Of a stretch of DNA of 32,000 nt, positions 29,668 to 32,000 are shown in pieces. The notes beneath the pieces are model-generated. The model was not told the DNA's origin and made no database searches. It saw only the letters and a list, made by a program, of their open reading frames with translations. Made by a program: the position numbers and the translations under genes. This DNA is from Prochlorococcus sp. MIT 0801 (GTDB lineage Bacteria > Cyanobacteriota > Cyanobacteriia > PCC-6307 > Cyanobiaceae): assembly GCF_000757865.1 (NCBI RefSeq), contig NZ_CP007754.1, positions 1,410,001 through 1,442,000 on the forward strand, written 5' to 3'. The first letter of the stretch is position 1; the number at the start of each line of letters is the position of its first letter.

Positions 29668-31131
29668 TTATCGTAATCGCAAAACACCTATTAAACTTAT
29701 TAGACTGACTGCTATCAATGGTGAATCATAAATTAATGTATACAGTGTTTTCTTTCCATTTAATTCCAGATCAGCTAGTTGCACTAATTCTTTATTTGGC
29801 TTGAGGAGGGTATCAATTCTTCCATTACTTTTAATCAAAGATGTTGGTCCAGTATTAGAGACAGATATTAAATTTTTTGATGTTTCAATACTTCTTAATT
29901 GAGCAATAGATAAAAATTGTCTCTGCAAAGAAATAGGGTAGGGATCTAAATTTGCAATCACTAAAATCCATTTTGCCCCTTGATTTACTGCTTTAGCTAT
30001 AGCTTTTCCATTACTCAATTCATAACAAATAGCACCTGCAAAAGAGGGCCCCTCCCAATCAAGAAATCTTGATGGATTTCCACTTTCAATTCCACCTACT
30101 GCCGAGAGGCCATTTTTCAAAAAGTTAGGCAATTCGGGAATCCATTCGCCCAACGGAACTAATCTAGATTTGTCCAATACATCCGAAAAAGACTCTTCAC
30201 CAGGATTAAAAACCAATATTGAACTTCGTAGAGAACCATTTATTTTCCTGAAACCTCCAGAGAGAAATTTAATAGAAAAATCTCGGATCTTTAATCTATC
30301 CAGAGGCAACGTTCCCTCTGGAGCAATTAAAAAAGATGCATTCATTTCAAAAGCTTTAGTTAATGCTCTATTTACTTTTGAGGGCAATGCATTTATCTCT
30401 TCCTGACTAAATTTTTGTCTTATTGGAATATTTGTTTGCCACATCGCAACCTTTTCTAATGAATCAGTTGGAGAATCCAACAACAAGATAAATCCAATTA
30501 AATGAGCTAACGAAAAATAAGCAACGCCAAGAATAATAAATTTCTTAAGTTTTTTTCTAGCTTGAAACGCAATTGAAAGTTGCCATATCCACCATCCCGC
30601 CAAAAGATGAATAGAGGCCAAGCCGCCCGAACCTATCCATCTTGCTAATCCAGCCAAATATCTATCTTGTGGTAATAAGCTTGGCCCTACACCCATCCAA
30701 AACAAAGGGCCTCTTGATAGTAGTTCTTCAGAAAGCCCCCATATTGTTGACAATAAGACGGCATAAATAAACTTATTTTCTAATTTAGAAAACCGAAGTC
30801 TTCCAGGAGCCAAAAAGCCATTCAAAGCTGACCAAATAAAAACCAGCCCGCCTCCAAAGGCTCCACAAAAAAGCCATATAAAAATGGTTATTGGTAAACT
30901 TAAATTTGAGCTTATCCCTACCCAACTAATTGGATGCAACGATAGCAACCACTTATGACTCCATAAAATAGCCATCGCACCCCAACAAAAGCCTCCCCAT
31001 GGATTTTTACTAGCCGGCCAAAGTAAAGATATTCCCAAAAGCATGAAAATATAATTGCCTTCACTTAGGGAGATTCCTGCTAGAGCTCCACCAGCGAAAG
31101 CTTTAATAAAAAGAGAATAGATATTATTCAT
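29668..31131 (-). CDS. lnt: Apolipoprotein N-acyltransferase
   Basis: N-terminal polytopic membrane half plus a C-terminal CN-hydrolase domain (LIAPEG.., AICYEL with the catalytic Cys context) and a final TM helix. Confidence 0.85.
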   Translation of the reverse strand: MNNIYSLFIKAFAGGALAGISLSEGNYIFMLLGISLLWPASKNPWGGFCWGAMAILWSHKWLLSLHPISWVGISSNLSLPITIFIWLFCGAFGGGLVFIWSALNGFLAPGRLRFSKLENKFIYAVLLSTIWGLSEELLSRGPLFWMGVGPSLLPQDRYLAGLARWIGSGGLASIHLLAGWWIWQLSIAFQARKKLKKFIILGVAYFSLAHLIGFILLLDSPTDSLEKVAMWQTNIPIRQKFSQEEINALPSKVNRALTKAFEMNASFLIAPEGTLPLDRLKIRDFSIKFLSGGFRKINGSLRSSILVFNPGEESFSDVLDKSRLVPLGEWIPELPNFLKNGLSAVGGIESGNPSRFLDWEGPSFAGAICYELSNGKAIAKAVNQGAKWILVIANLDPYPISLQRQFLSIAQLRSIETSKNLISVSNTGPTSLIKSNGRIDTLLKPNKELVQLADLELNGKKTLYTLIYDSPLIAVSLISLIGVLRLR

Positions 31132-31204
31132 AAATCCAATTTAGTTAAATATACTCCGACCAAATTCATGCTCTCTGGTTAGTTATCTTTTAAATAGATG
31201 TAAT

Positions 31205-31849
31205 TTGGGTATTAATCTGCAAGAATATTTCCGAGTACGTAATATTGCTGTGAGAGAAATCTTAATTAGCTTTTCTGTTTGCCTTAGCTGCTTGATGATT
31301 GCAGTGATTAGCCAAATCATCTCACCTACCCCAACGAATGCCTTACAAATTGACCAACCAATCCAAGCGGATGTAAGGCAATCCACAAAAACCAGCGAGT
31401 CTGTAACTAATCCATTTGAATTAGACCCAGAAGACCCAAATCCATCACTTTTTACTATGGCTTCAGATAAAACCAGTGCAAGTAACGCTCCTCTAGGAGG
31501 AGCTGAGATAGGAGCATCACAAGTAACTTCAAGTGGGCTCAAAATTACTGAATTAGTTTTAGGTGATGGTCTACAAGCTACCCCAGGAACAAGTGTCTCA
31601 GTAAATTACAAAGGTACTCTTGATGATGGGAAAGAATTTGACAGCAGTTATGGAAGAGGTCCTTTTGAATTTTCGTTAGGTGCAGGGATGGTGATAAAGG
31701 GTTGGGATGAGGGAGTCGCAGGAATGAAAGTTGGAGGAAAAAGAAAATTAGTCATTCCACCAGAATTGGGGTATGGCAGCAGAGGGATAGGTCCAATCCC
31801 TCCTAATTCAGTTTTAACGTTTGAAGTGGAATTATTAGGTGTTAAGTGA
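31205..31849 (+). CDS. FKBP-type peptidyl-prolyl cis-trans isomerase with N-terminal signal/anchor
   Basis: FKBP domain ([51 protein letters not shown]). The start is uncertain: TTG 31205, or GTG 31250 giving a signal-peptide-like N-terminus ending TNA. Confidence 0.88.
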   Translation: MGINLQEYFRVRNIAVREILISFSVCLSCLMIAVISQIISPTPTNALQIDQPIQADVRQSTKTSESVTNPFELDPEDPNPSLFTMASDKTSASNAPLGGAEIGASQVTSSGLKITELVLGDGLQATPGTSVSVNYKGTLDDGKEFDSSYGRGPFEFSLGAGMVIKGWDEGVAGMKVGGKRKLVIPPELGYGSRGIGPIPPNSVLTFEVELLGVK

Positions 31850-31883
31850 GTTTCTTAAATTATTCAGAAAGCTCTAGATAAAG

Positions 31884-31911
31884 TTATGGCGTTTGTTGAC
31901 AAACGCCATAA
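31884..31911. other. Perfect 12-bp stem / 4-nt loop hairpin downstream of the FKBP gene
   Basis: TTATGGCGTTTG (31884-31895), loop TTGA, CAAACGCCATAA (31900-31911). An A-run (not a T-run) follows on the plus strand, so this is not a canonical intrinsic terminator. Confidence 0.45.
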
Positions 31912-31923
31912 ATGTAAAAAAAA

Positions 31924-32000
31924 ATGTTCACAAATTATTCTCAGATGTTGAGCGAAACACTTACATCAATCTTTAACAAGCTTCCAGCAAAATCTGTTCA
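31924..32000 (+). CDS. Possible 5' end of a gene running off the window (MFTNYSQMLSETLTSIFNKLPAKSV...)
   Basis: The frame is open from the ATG at 31924 to the window edge. Only 25 codons are visible and no motif is recognisable. Confidence 0.25.
   Translation, partial: MFTNYSQMLSETLTSIFNKLPAKSV

Noticed and set aside
850-31542. Many track ORFs of 60-136 aa lie antisense to, or in alternate frames of, confidently assigned genes. They are 850-1122, 3208-3585, 3582-3815, 3644-3895, 4489-4701, 5374-5580, 6997-7407, 8070-8279, 8357-8542, 8855-9163, 10501-10740, 12241-12447, 13709-13912, 15499-15696, 16432-16674, 19174-19386, 20583-20882, 23200-23397, 24772-24960, 25227-25478, 27528-27794, 27858-28088, 30170-30406 and 31183-31542.
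   Set aside because: Each lies fully or largely inside a gene with clear family motifs. Their translations are low-complexity or motif-free. Such shadow ORFs are expected from the codon bias of the true frame.
1-32000. A search by eye for CRISPR arrays, transposase or integrase genes, phage modules, restriction-modification or other defence genes, and rRNA or tRNA genes.
   Set aside because: None found. Every large ORF has a housekeeping assignment or looks like a conserved cyanobacterial hypothetical. I saw no direct-repeat arrays or terminal inverted repeats.

Overview
The window is AT-rich and densely packed with genes. It reads as core chromosome of a streamlined marine picocyanobacterium. 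The best fit is a Prochlorococcus-type genome, inferred from cyanobacteria-specific genes (Ftn2/ARC6-like, CpmA/LarB, DUF1517- and DUF3611-like), low GC and very short intergenic spacers. About 30 housekeeping genes can be called from diagnostic motifs: lexA, argF, ftsH, ribD, cobL, nadK, pheS, surE, ribF, thiE, thiS, larB/cpmA, trmD+ispF, era, a BI-1/YccA-like protein, phoH, rpsP, ffh, ftn2, pdhA, a group-2-like sigma factor, nnr, mnmA, lnt and an FKBP isomerase. I found no tRNA or rRNA genes, CRISPR arrays, transposases, integrases, phage genes or recognisable defence modules, so I do not claim a novel multi-gene system. Seven observations deserve a second look. (1) trmD and ispF form one uninterrupted 408-codon frame, an apparent fusion. 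(2) ThiS carries three residues (SYS) after its C-terminal GGG. (3) An untracked 30-codon hydrophobic micro-ORF lies between ribF and thiE. (4) A 526-nt gap holds two tandem untracked small ORFs and a repeated (T)RCGTAAA motif. (5) Two LexA-box-like sites lie directly upstream of lexA. (6) The first 600 nt are AT-rich and lack any confident gene. (7) Convergent gene ends are only 3-14 nt apart and leave no room for terminators. All functional calls come from motif recognition by eye. No database search was possible.
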